Position numbers and translations under genes: made by a program. DNA of 64,000 nucleotides, from IMG/VR virus record IMGVR_UViG_3300036466_000273, positions 1-64,000 of that record. The stretch is one strand, 5' to 3'. Shown one piece after another: positions 1 to 9,028 of this stretch; positions within the stretch are counted from its first letter, which is position 1, and every line of letters begins with the position of its first letter. The stretch is from a virus. The notes below the pieces were generated by a model. The model searched no databases and was not told where the DNA came from. It saw only the letters and a program-made list of their open reading frames with translations.

Positions 1-51
1 TATGTCATTCGAAAATCTGAGTAATATCTATTTTCCCAAACAGCGCAGTCT

Positions 52-66
52 GGTCGCTGCGCGACC
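52..66. repeat. GC-rich hairpin GGTCGC-TGC-GCGACC (GCA triloop on minus strand)
   Basis: Perfect 6-bp inverted repeat seen directly. Confidence 0.8.
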
Positions 67-130
67 TAATTAGCGCAAACCAGTAAATAACTAGTAATAA
101 CAGGATGCAACGTAGCAAAATGGAGTGGTT

Positions 131-466
131 ATGAAATATTCTGAGAGTGAAGAAAAATTGATGACTGAAACCTACACAGCTGCTGAAGATAAGCAAGAGG
201 CTGTAATGGAATTAGTGGAACAACTGGGGCGTAGTAAGACTAGTGTGATAGCTAAGCTTACTAGTATGGGGATTTATCAGAAGAAAAAGGTTTATCAGCC
301 GAAAAGTGGAATAACTAAGAAAGAAATGATACACAGGATAGCAATGGCAGTAGATGCTGAGCCTGAGTATTTGCAAGGAATTGAGAAATCTGCTAAACCT
401 GCATTAGAATATTTAATGAAGCGAACTGAAGCAGAGATTAATTTGTTGAAATCTGAGATAGAGTAA
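131..466 (+). CDS. T5 A2-like pre-early DNA-binding protein
   Basis: GRSKTSVIAKLTSMGIYQK...ITKKEMIHRIA...LQGIEKSAKPAL pattern resembles T5 A2; GGAG SD before ATG 131. Confidence 0.6.
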   Translation: MKYSESEEKLMTETYTAAEDKQEAVMELVEQLGRSKTSVIAKLTSMGIYQKKKVYQPKSGITKKEMIHRIAMAVDAEPEYLQGIEKSAKPALEYLMKRTEAEINLLKSEIE

Positions 467-484
467 TAACAGGGATACAACCAT

Positions 485-538
485 TACCCCAATGCAGCAA
501 TTAGCTCGCTACGCGAGCAGTTAGCTGTAATTGGGGTA
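485..538. repeat. Long imperfect inverted repeat with apical GCTCGC-TAC-GCGAGC
   Basis: TACCCCAAT 485-493 pairs with ATTGGGGTA 530-538; apical 6-bp stem 504-518. Confidence 0.85.
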
Positions 539-612
539 TTTTTGTTTCTAATGCTAGAGAAATGAGCAGTTAGCTGTAATTGGGGTAATTTTGTTTCTAA
601 TACTAGAGAAAA
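515..612. repeat. Tandem direct repeat, 2 x 49 bp
   Basis: GAGCAGTTAGCTGTAATTGGGGTAwTTTTGTTTCTAATrCTAGAGAAA at 515 and 564. Confidence 0.9.
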
Positions 613-829
613 GAGAAATCTAATGAAACGAGAAAAATTTAAGAGAAATCTAGAGAGGGCGGAACTCTCAATTAATTCGCAGTAATTTTCAACAAAAAAT
701 AGAAAAAATGCAATTTTTATTTGACTTTAATTCAAGTTATAGTAGATACAGCTTTCCTCTTAACCGGATTTTATTAGTTGTTTTCGATATTTATATTTTT
801 AATATTCATTAAAATCTTTTTAGCTCTAC

Positions 830-945
830 CGAAGACTTCCTTTAGGGTAGAAAAACCAAAAGTCGTAAACGCTCGACGGGGAGGCAAGCGTTCACGACTT
901 CCCTACCTACGGAAGTCTTCGTATATCTAACTGTTCGTTATATAC
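830..945 (-). ncRNA. Candidate rod-shaped small RNA with C-rich apical loop
   Basis: Stem 830-921 whose mismatches become G-U pairs only on the minus strand; directly downstream of a minus-strand promoter; no ORF. Confidence 0.55.
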
Positions 946-950
946 TATAT

Positions 951-979
951 ATTTTAGCATATTTCAACGAAAAATACAA
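951..979 (-). promoter_or_regulatory. Leftward sigma70-type promoter
   Basis: Minus strand TTGTAT-17bp-TAAAAT with TGn extension and the same AATTATTC upstream context as the early promoters. Confidence 0.65.
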
Positions 980-1066
980 GAATAATTTTCTCATGGGATG
1001 TTAGAACTTGATTATCTAGGTTTTTATTATTTTAATTTGCAGGGAGCATAAAGCTCCTCTAGTAAT

Positions 1067-1122
1067 CTCACCAGATTGCACTAATCATGCGACGAAGTCG
1101 CGTATCTGTGCAATCTGGTGAG
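1067..1122. repeat. Hairpin with 15-bp perfect arms and GCGAC-GAA-GTCGC tip
   Basis: CTCACCAGATTGCAC 1067-1081 / GTGCAATCTGGTGAG 1108-1122. Confidence 0.9.
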
Positions 1123-1200
1123 TTGTCGTGTGATGAAATTAGTTAATTATACCTAATTTCAGAATGAATGTGTGTAATTTAGCAATGCTTAAAATAGTAC

Positions 1201-1229
1201 TTGACTTTCTCTCCTTAGTACGGTATAAT
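1201..1229 (+). promoter_or_regulatory. Early sigma70 promoter
   Basis: TTGACT-17-TATAAT. Confidence 0.85.
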
Positions 1230-1270
1230 AGCTATATAACGATGGAAATTTACTTAATGAAAAGGAGGAA

Positions 1271-2671
1271 ATGGACATGATAGATAAAACTAAGGTATTT
1301 TATGTAATTCAATTTAAGGATGAAAACTGTTTCAAATGTGGGTTCTCTCACGCTTCTAGCATAGAGGAAGCAAAAGAAAAGTTAGAGAAGAATTTGCCAA
1401 AGTTTGACTATCTTTTAATTGAACAAGGGTACGATAAAGGCAAAGAGACTGCTTTGTTAAACAAAGTAAATTGTGGTTATGAACCCAAAGACCTATTTAC
1501 AGTTAAAGGCAGAAAAAGGTACGCTGTTAGAGGTAACCGAAAATTCTTCACACTTCCAGATGGAGTAACTATTAAGTCTTTAATAGATGGAGATGAGCTG
1601 TGTTATGTATGGGTTGTTAAAGATAGACTAGCATTGAAAATGACTAAAAACAAACCCTTAGAGTATTCTTGGTGCTCAGTTCCTTGCACAATAAAAGAAG
1701 GAAAAAGATTAATTAACATTTTCAAAAGTATTACAATCCCAGTAGAATCTAATAGTAAAAAAGAATATTGTTTTAAGTTTGATAGAGAAAGACCTAAGTT
1801 GGATGATGTACTCTTAGCAATTGATGGCTCTCTTAGAATATTAATTGTTGAAAGATGTGGAGATTGGTATCTCACCAGGTATACTAAAGGGAGCTTAGAA
1901 GAGCCAACTAAGGGTTTCGAGATTGTATTTAGAAAACTAATGTCTGAATCTGATGCAAAACAATTTAAGACTAAATTCTTCTCTCTAGGTGGCGGTGGAG
2001 AAAAAGTAAACTTTGATTATAATATAGGGTATAGACGAGTAATAAAGGTTGCTGAGGATGAAATAGATGAGTTTATTAGTAATGCTCTTTCAATGGATTC
2101 CCCTATAGAAGCCCCCAGACTTCTTTGGTTGTTAAAAACTGGAGAGACATATATTTTGAAAAATTCCCAACAACCTTTAGCAGTATGGGCTTCAGAACTA
2201 TTAGAAACTAAAAATCCTGAAGTTATTTTAGCTGTTCCTTATTCTAATAAACTAAAGAAGGGGTTAGAGGATAATAGTGACAAGAAATCAGTAAAGAAAG
2301 ATGAATACTCAATAGAGCTACGAAATTTTAAGAAAGATCCAATTGAGATTTATAAGAGGTGTAAAGAAGAGCTAGAATTCTTTGCTTACCTACTGTATTT
2401 TCCAGAACTAGGTATGTATAGATATGGCGCTACTAAATTATCTAGCCAAGATGCAGTACCAAAGCAAAAGATTTTTACCTCTCAAAAATGCTCACTAATT
2501 TGCACTAAATACGCGACTGTGTCGCAAGCTAAGTACGAGATGAGTAGAATTGATGAAGTATTTGAACGTATAGAAGACCACCGAGAAGACGGATGTTACT
2601 TCAGGCTAGGAAAATATAAAGAGGATAAATTAGAAACTGATTTCTTAAATAATAACTTTGTAAAGGAGTAG
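1271..2671 (+). CDS. Hypothetical protein, probable tandem GIY-YIG/T5orf172-like repeats
   Basis: 466 aa ORF with AGGAGG SD; N-terminal FYVIQF..FKCGFS and C-terminal AYLLYF..YRYGAT units resemble T5orf172-type domains. Confidence 0.45.
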   Translation: MDMIDKTKVFYVIQFKDENCFKCGFSHASSIEEAKEKLEKNLPKFDYLLIEQGYDKGKETALLNKVNCGYEPKDLFTVKGRKRYAVRGNRKFFTLPDGVTIKSLIDGDELCYVWVVKDRLALKMTKNKPLEYSWCSVPCTIKEGKRLINIFKSITIPVESNSKKEYCFKFDRERPKLDDVLLAIDGSLRILIVERCGDWYLTRYTKGSLEEPTKGFEIVFRKLMSESDAKQFKTKFFSLGGGGEKVNFDYNIGYRRVIKVAEDEIDEFISNALSMDSPIEAPRLLWLLKTGETYILKNSQQPLAVWASELLETKNPEVILAVPYSNKLKKGLEDNSDKKSVKKDEYSIELRNFKKDPIEIYKRCKEELEFFAYLLYFPELGMYRYGATKLSSQDAVPKQKIFTSQKCSLICTKYATVSQAKYEMSRIDEVFERIEDHREDGCYFRLGKYKEDKLETDFLNNNFVKE

Positions 2672-2675
2672 TAAA

Positions 2676-2900
2676 ATGGGAAAAGTCTTTTGTAGTGATT
2701 GTGAGTACTGTAAAGCTGTAAATAGAGAAAATTCTAGCGCTAAATGCCAGCATCCTAAAAATATAGTGGATGAAAACTGGCACAGTGTAGCTGCTAAAGA
2801 TACTTGCGCTTTCATCAATAAGAATAATGATTGTACTTGGTTTGAGGACAGAAGAGTAGGTGACTTACCTAGTCATGGCTCTGATGTGTATGATTTGTAG
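2676..2900 (+). CDS. Cys-rich small protein (paralog family KVFCxxCxY...CxHPxN...NKxNxCxW)
   Basis: Paralogous to 2944-3132 and 14706-14915. Confidence 0.75.
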   Translation: MGKVFCSDCEYCKAVNRENSSAKCQHPKNIVDENWHSVAAKDTCAFINKNNDCTWFEDRRVGDLPSHGSDVYDL

Positions 2901-2943
2901 AAAATGATTGCCCTTTTGACATTGAAGCATAAGGAGTACTAAA

Positions 2944-3132
2944 ATGAGTAAAGTTTTTTGTAGTGATTGTAAATATTGTATGGCAGAACATGAAAATGAT
3001 GTAGATTCTAAGTGTAAACACCTAGAAAATAGAATTAATAATTGGTATGGTGTAGTTTTTAATCTGACGTGTTCAGAGAAAAACAAAGATAATGATTGTA
3101 GTTGGTTTGAGCATTGGACGGATATTGAGTAA
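2944..3132 (+). CDS. Cys-rich small protein, paralog 2
   Basis: Shared motifs with 2676-2900; AAGGAG SD. Confidence 0.75.
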   Translation: MSKVFCSDCKYCMAEHENDVDSKCKHLENRINNWYGVVFNLTCSEKNKDNDCSWFEHWTDIE

Positions 3133-3296
3133 TCAGGAGTAGAAAATGAAAAAGGCATTAATAGTTGGGAATGCTTCAAACTACTTCATCTTTTTAATGA
3201 AAGAGCAAGGGTATGAAATAGTATACTATGAGGACTGCCCTGAAAATATTCTAGGCTTAGAATTTGATATTATTTGGATTGATGAGGAGATTAGAA

Positions 3297-3497
3297 ATGA
3301 AAAATCGTTATAGAATTATAAATGAAGCTAAAGGTTCAAGTTCGTGGTACTGGATTGAAATTAAACGATGGTGGCTTCCTTTCTGGTACAAATGTATAGG
3401 GCTTGGTCCTAGTACAACACAAGGCGAGGCAAAAGCTCGCCTTCGCGAGCTGACTGCCCCGACTGTGCGAATGGTAGTTTATGAGGAGGATGAGTGA
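3297..3497 (+). CDS. Hypothetical protein (KYRI...KRWWxPFW family), copy 1
   Basis: Tandem paralog of 3494-3715; GAGGAG SD before ATG 3297. Confidence 0.7.
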   Translation: MKNRYRIINEAKGSSSWYWIEIKRWWLPFWYKCIGLGPSTTQGEAKARLRELTAPTVRMVVYEEDE

Positions 3498-3715
3498 TGT
3501 TTAATTGCATGAAACCTAAGTACAGAATAGTAAAAATTCAAGAGTGGGGGAAAGAATACTTTCAAATTGAAACTAAGCGTTGGTGGTTCCCTTTTTGGTC
3601 TTGTTTAAACGGTGGATTTTTTGAGAGAAATTTTTATGATATTAGAGATGCGAAGGTATATTTAGAGAAACTTAAACTCGGTAGATGTAAAACAGTAGTT
3701 TATGGGGAGGATTAA
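3494..3715 (+). CDS. Hypothetical protein (KYRI...KRWWxPFW family), copy 2
   Basis: Shared YRI, IExKRWWxPFW and VVYxED motifs. Confidence 0.7.
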   Translation: MMFNCMKPKYRIVKIQEWGKEYFQIETKRWWFPFWSCLNGGFFERNFYDIRDAKVYLEKLKLGRCKTVVYGED

Positions 3716-4133
3716 TGAATAATTTTATAGAAAAAATTTATAATGAATTAGTAGAAAAGAGAGAGAAGACATTAACTAATAAGGATTACAGACTAGTTTG
3801 TGAAAATATGGATTCTATTCTAGTACAGATTGAACAAAAGATTCTTAATGACCCTGTTATATATAGCAACAAAGAATACTATAACCTAGTTGCTGAAGCT
3901 TTCTCAACTATTAGTAGACTGAGTACAATTATAGAAATAGAGCGAGATTTAAAGGAACTTAAAAGATGAAATACACACTAGACAACGATGAATTGCAGGA
4001 AGCCATTAATGTTCTAATCACAGCTCACAAAGAAGGCTCTACTAGTTCTATGCGTAGTATACTAGAACGATACCTTGAGAGATTACTGGCTGCCCAATGT
4101 GAACGTGTTTCAAATATAGTACAAAAATAGTAT

Positions 4134-4162
4134 TTGACTTTTTCCTCAATGTTCGTTATAAT
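4134..4162 (+). promoter_or_regulatory. Early promoter cassette
   Basis: TTGACT-17-TATAAT in the conserved repeat context. Confidence 0.9.
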
Positions 4163-4388
4163 ATATTTATAAACAATAGCAGAACCCAAGGAAAAGGAGA
4201 AAGATAATGACTGGAGATTTTAGTGGTGGATTTTGGTTAGGTATGTTAGTTGGGTTTGTTGTTGGAATGTGTTTTATTGGCGTTGGGTTAACTATTGTGA
4301 ATCAAACATACATAGATGGACAAATTGATGCCTTATCTGGCAATAAGATTATAGTAGAGAAAGTAGAAAATGAGAGAGGGGAATTAGT

Positions 4389-4433
4389 ATGGCAGATAAA
4401 GTAAAAGTGTATTGTAAGAATTGTGAGTTATGA
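4389..4433 (+). pseudogene. Truncated remnant of the Cys-rich paralog family (MADKVKVYCKNCEL*)
   Basis: Matches N-terminus of 14706-14915 (MANKKVYCNTC) then stops where ORF 4430 starts. Confidence 0.5.
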
Positions 4434-4795
4434 AAACACTAAGAGGTTCAACAAGACTCACTATATTATGTGGAAAATGGGCTATTAAAATTCCATATAG
4501 CAAGAGTGAATTTTATGGATATATTCATGGTATTTTAAGCGGATGGAAATCAAATAGAAATGAATTTGTGTGGTCTAAGTGTAACAAAGAAACGCAAATG
4601 TACAGCTTTTTGTGTCCAGTTAGATGCTCTTTTTTGTTTTCTATGATAATAGTAATGGATAAAGCTACGCCAATATCTTGTTCTGATTTTAAGAATATAG
4701 ACAAACAAAGTTTTGATTTTGGTGGTTATGAACATAAGCAAGATAGTTTTGGGAAAATCAATGGTGAAGTTGTAATTGTAGATTATGGAGAATGA
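4430..4795 (+). CDS. Minimal protein-kinase-like fold protein
   Basis: GSTR..AIKIP, NxNE, HKQDSFG and VVIVDYG motifs in kinase order. Confidence 0.45.
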   Translation: MKTLRGSTRLTILCGKWAIKIPYSKSEFYGYIHGILSGWKSNRNEFVWSKCNKETQMYSFLCPVRCSFLFSMIIVMDKATPISCSDFKNIDKQSFDFGGYEHKQDSFGKINGEVVIVDYGE

Positions 4796-7248
4796 AATAT
4801 GAGTGTTAATATTATAGATCTAATATGTAGTAACGACAAAGAACAATTAAGTGGTTATTGGGTTCCGTCTCTAGCTTTAAATTGGACTATTTGTAGAACA
4901 TTTAAACAGAAAGTTAAAGATTGTGTAGAAGTGTGGAAAGGTGAAGCTATTGCAGTCAACTGGAAAGAAAATCCAAACTATGAGTCTGATTCGATAGGGA
5001 TGACATTTTATGAATAAAGAAAAAGATTTACAAAAAATAAAAGCATTGGCTACTGGTGAACAATGTAATATCTTTTGGTTTGAAGAGGGTGGTGGGGTTG
5101 TATATAAGGTGTATGATCGGTTAATCCTCTTTGAAGTTCCTCAATATGGCGGTCATATGGTTTATGAGAACACATTTCACATCAGCGAAGCAGAGAAACT
5201 AGTTAACCTAGTTTATACTTGGACTTAAAATAAGGAGAACTTAAAATGGAAAGCGAAGAAAAGATGCCTAAAGTAAAATTAGATGAGTTTCATTACCACG
5301 AAGTAATTGATAGACTAATGATAATGCACAATCATTACTATGATGATATTATGAATCATCCAGTGATAGAACAATCAGCAGAGCTAACAGTACTAGCAGA
5401 AGATATCTTTAAGAAACTAAGTCTTCTTAACACTAAGATTAACTTAGATGAGATTGAAAACAATGGAAATTAAGGAGAAGAGAATGAATAAAGTACATCG
5501 TTTCCGTGATGAACATTCTGTGCTGTTCTTAGTGACATATCCTATTACATTACCATTAGCAATCATTTGTATATTTATTGACTTGTTTGTGATGTGTTGG
5601 GATTATGGTGTTCCAAGTGGATTTAGATATTGGAAAGATGATTGGCGTGATGCACCAAAAGGAATGGTCGATACTCTAAAAGAAGCTATATCACGAGTAA
5701 GGGGGTAAGTAATGACTAACTGGTTACACAAATTTTATGAATTAGATAATATAAATGATGCTATATTAACTGCTGAATTTATTGGACGTATTAGTGAGTA
5801 TATTGAACAATATGGATTTGATTTGTGTGATGAATTACTAGATGTTGTTGATTTGGAAAGATTGCATCCAGTCTTAATGGTAGCTTTAATTAGAACAACT
5901 TTCTCCTTTAGGCACGAATTAAATAATTGGGTAAGTTGTCGTGACAAAATATCAGCGTTATTGTATAAATTAGGTTATGATAGCGCAGGTGTATTGCGAG
6001 GGTTATACTAATATCTAAACATGCTAAACTAAGAGTATGTGCTAGTTGTGAATGGGTGTTCCGAAACAGTATTGATTGTCCTAAATGTGGCTTTGGTTCT
6101 TATGGTGCTAGATATGTTTACGGGGATAAATGCTATAAGTACGAACGCACTCAACAGCCATGGTTTGAAAAGAAACTAGATAAATACAGACTCAACCTAT
6201 TAGGCGAGATTAGCGAAGCGAAGGAGGCGAGGGGTGATACACCGATGGTATGAAATAACATGTGATTATTGCGGTTGCGCATCTCATTATATGGGCAACA
6301 AGCGTAGTGCTGAAAGTCTAGCGCGTGACGAAGGCTATATAATTACCAGAGACGGAAAACATTATTGCGACTCAAAGTGTAGATGTAAAGCAAAGGAGGC
6401 GAAGTATGAATGCAAAGGATTTAAATGAAGCTTTCCTCGAAGCTTGTGAACAATGCCCTAATTTTCAAGGGTTTGATTCCGATCTGACCGAGATTGTTAA
6501 CGGTAGTTATGTAAATGTCGCAAAGTTGCATACTAAGGGTGTGGTAGCAGTTATTCGTTATTGGAGGGACGAGGATACTGTTGGAGGCAGTATAATCCAT
6601 AGAAGTGGGTATTTAGAAGAACTTCCGGCAGAAGTCACTGAACTGCTGGATTCGATAGACTCAATAATTGATGAGGCTATTTCAGAAGCTATCCGTGCAG
6701 CGAAGGAGGTATAAATGGAAGAAAAAACTTATTCTGTAAGTATCTATTTACCAGAAGATCATGACGAATATCATTGGCAAGACCTCCCAATATTTTATAT
6801 AGAATTAGGGGGAGAAGAATGGAGGTCAAAAGCCAAATTATTAGCAGAGAGATTTCCTGACTATGATATTGAAGTAAGAGAACTAGATCTGGGGTGCGCT
6901 AGGCTGATTCCCCCTAAATTCTACACATAGTCATATTTGTAAAGCTGTCCGTACAGCGAAGGAGATATAATGGAAGATACAGTTAAGAATATAGACAATA
7001 AATTCAAAAGTGGAAACTCTATAGAAGTAGAGCGTACGCAAATAACTAAAACAGTATGGGAGGCAATTAAAAATTATCTTGCAGAGCAAGACCTAGAAAT
7101 CGAAGACCTAAAAGCAGAAATTAGAAACTTAGAAAGGTTGTTAGACTTGGCAAATGAGGCGTCCGCTTCATACTTAACTCATATTGGAAACTTGGAAACT
7201 GAATTGCTTAGTGCTGGACTAGATATAGGTGATTAACTAAAATAGTAT

Positions 7249-7277
7249 TTGACAATTTCCTTGGTTTCCGTTATAAT
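7249..7277 (+). promoter_or_regulatory. Early promoter within a 19-bp inverted repeat (7256-7309)
   Basis: TTGACA-17-TATAAT; TTTCCTTGGTTTCCGTTAT pairs with ATGGCGGAAACCAAGGAAA. Confidence 0.9.
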
Positions 7278-7453
7278 AGTATTATAAACAATGGCGGAAA
7301 CCAAGGAAAGGGAGTTAGTATGCTTACCAGTATAACTAGAGAACTAGCGAGATTGATGGATAAGTATGAGGATTACCAGGAAGTAACGGATGATTTAGTG
7401 TATGTACTAGAAATGGTGCAAACTCTTAGGAGCAAACTTATTTGGAGGAAAAA

Positions 7454-7867
7454 ATGAACAATGATAACTTAATTCTTAATAACCTGAGTTTTAGTATTGA
7501 AGAACTGGATATTAACATAGATTCAATAAAAGACTTTATGCACACGGCTGACTTTGGTAAGCTGCCTGCTATTGAGCAAGGTTTTTACATGATGCAACTA
7601 TCTGATATGCAGAAATTAAAAGATACTTTGGATAGGCGATTTGAGCATTATAAAGAAAAAATTAGACCGCGGATACCTCTGGAGCCTAAGGAAGCAGTTA
7701 AAGCACTAGCCGAAGGTTTAAGAATTTATAAGCGTGTCTGGCACTCATCATCTGCTAGTAGAAATAATCAATATATAGAGCTTGATGATCAAGGTTATAT
7801 TATTGATGAGAATAATAAGCTATACCAATTAACAGATTTTAATGGTTTTTTCCTCTACACGGAGTAA
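7454..7867 (+). CDS. Two-domain protein: crAss001_48-like helical domain plus DUF2829-like domain
   Basis: EL..I..F....F.KL...EQ..M..QL..M...L..R followed by AVKALAEGLRIYKRVW...YIEL pattern. Confidence 0.4.
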   Translation: MNNDNLILNNLSFSIEELDINIDSIKDFMHTADFGKLPAIEQGFYMMQLSDMQKLKDTLDRRFEHYKEKIRPRIPLEPKEAVKALAEGLRIYKRVWHSSSASRNNQYIELDDQGYIIDENNKLYQLTDFNGFFLYTE

Positions 7868-7871
7868 ATAA

Positions 7872-8360
7872 ATGATTTGGTTCACCGCAGATACCCACTT
7901 CGGTCATGCTAACGTACTAAAGTACGAAAACAGACCATTTATGGACTGTCAGGAGATGGACGAGTATCTTATTGCGCAGTGGAATCAATATGTAGAGCCG
8001 GGGGATACTATCTATCATCTTGGAGATTTTGCATTTTGCGGAGTTGATAGGATGCGAGAAATCTTTTCACAATTGAATGGAAATAAGCATCTAATTCTAG
8101 GCAACCATGATGATAATAGAACTAGAAAGCTAGGATGGGGTTCTATAGATTGGTACAGAGAAATAAAGTATGCTGGTACTAAGGTATGTCTATTCCATTT
8201 CCCAATAGAGAATTGGAATGGTAAGCATCATGGCTTCTACCACTTTCATGGGCACTGTCACTCTAATCAAGTTGATTCTTGCAACGGTCTTAGACTAAAT
8301 GTAGGCGTAGACGTAAGTGGTTTTTCCCCAATATCAATTGAAGGATTACTAGATGGATGA
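7872..8360 (+). CDS. Calcineurin-like metallophosphoesterase
   Basis: DTHFGH, LGDF, GNHD, HGHCH motifs. Confidence 0.9.
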   Translation: MIWFTADTHFGHANVLKYENRPFMDCQEMDEYLIAQWNQYVEPGDTIYHLGDFAFCGVDRMREIFSQLNGNKHLILGNHDDNRTRKLGWGSIDWYREIKYAGTKVCLFHFPIENWNGKHHGFYHFHGHCHSNQVDSCNGLRLNVGVDVSGFSPISIEGLLDG

Positions 8361-8999
8361 ATTAGAAAAGCGTAATAGACAAGTACGAATATTAGGCAAA
8401 TCATTTAATAGAATAGCATCAGAAAGAAATAGAGCTATTGATATTCTATTTAAGGTTTTAGCAGAAGTACAGGCTCCAGATGATACGAGCGATATAGAAG
8501 AGTATAAACGTATGCAAGATTTTATAATTGATATTATTTGTGAATTTTTGCAGGAGGATAATTAAATGGTTTCTACATGGGAATGCCCCAAATGCGGCAA
8601 TTCATACGCCTCAGGCGTAAAAGAGTGCCCTAATGATGGGGCTACTGTTAATGATTTTTTGATTAGTATAGTAACTTCTACTTTGGAGGGTACTCTAATA
8701 GACAGAATAGATGTTTCTCTTGAAGAAGATTTTTGCTATAGTCCTTATAACGATTTGAAACATATGAAAGTTCTAACAGTAAAATTTCGAGAGATATAAT
8801 ATTATGGGCGCTAGAAAAATAACTCTAAAATTGGTACGTAATTTCGGTCTTGGATTTAAAGTATTTTCCCCAAAGTTAAAAGGTTTATCTTTTGAGATTA
8901 ACATAGCATGCTTTACTTTGACAGTTTGGAGCAAGCCTGATAAATGGTTCGGCTTTAATAATTTTTGGTACTAGTAAGTATATAAGACTAAAATATCAC

Positions 9000-9028
9000 T
9001 TGACTTTTTTCTCGGTATTCGCTATAAT
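9000..9028 (+). promoter_or_regulatory. Early promoter cassette
   Basis: TTGACT-17-TATAAT followed by ATAAACAATGGCGAAAGGAGAAAATTATG. Confidence 0.9.

Noticed and set aside
515-612. Possible mini-CRISPR array
   Set aside because: Repeats abut with no spacers, and no cas genes are present
721-750. Rightward promoter at TTGACT 721
   Set aside because: No good -10 hexamer at 17-bp spacing
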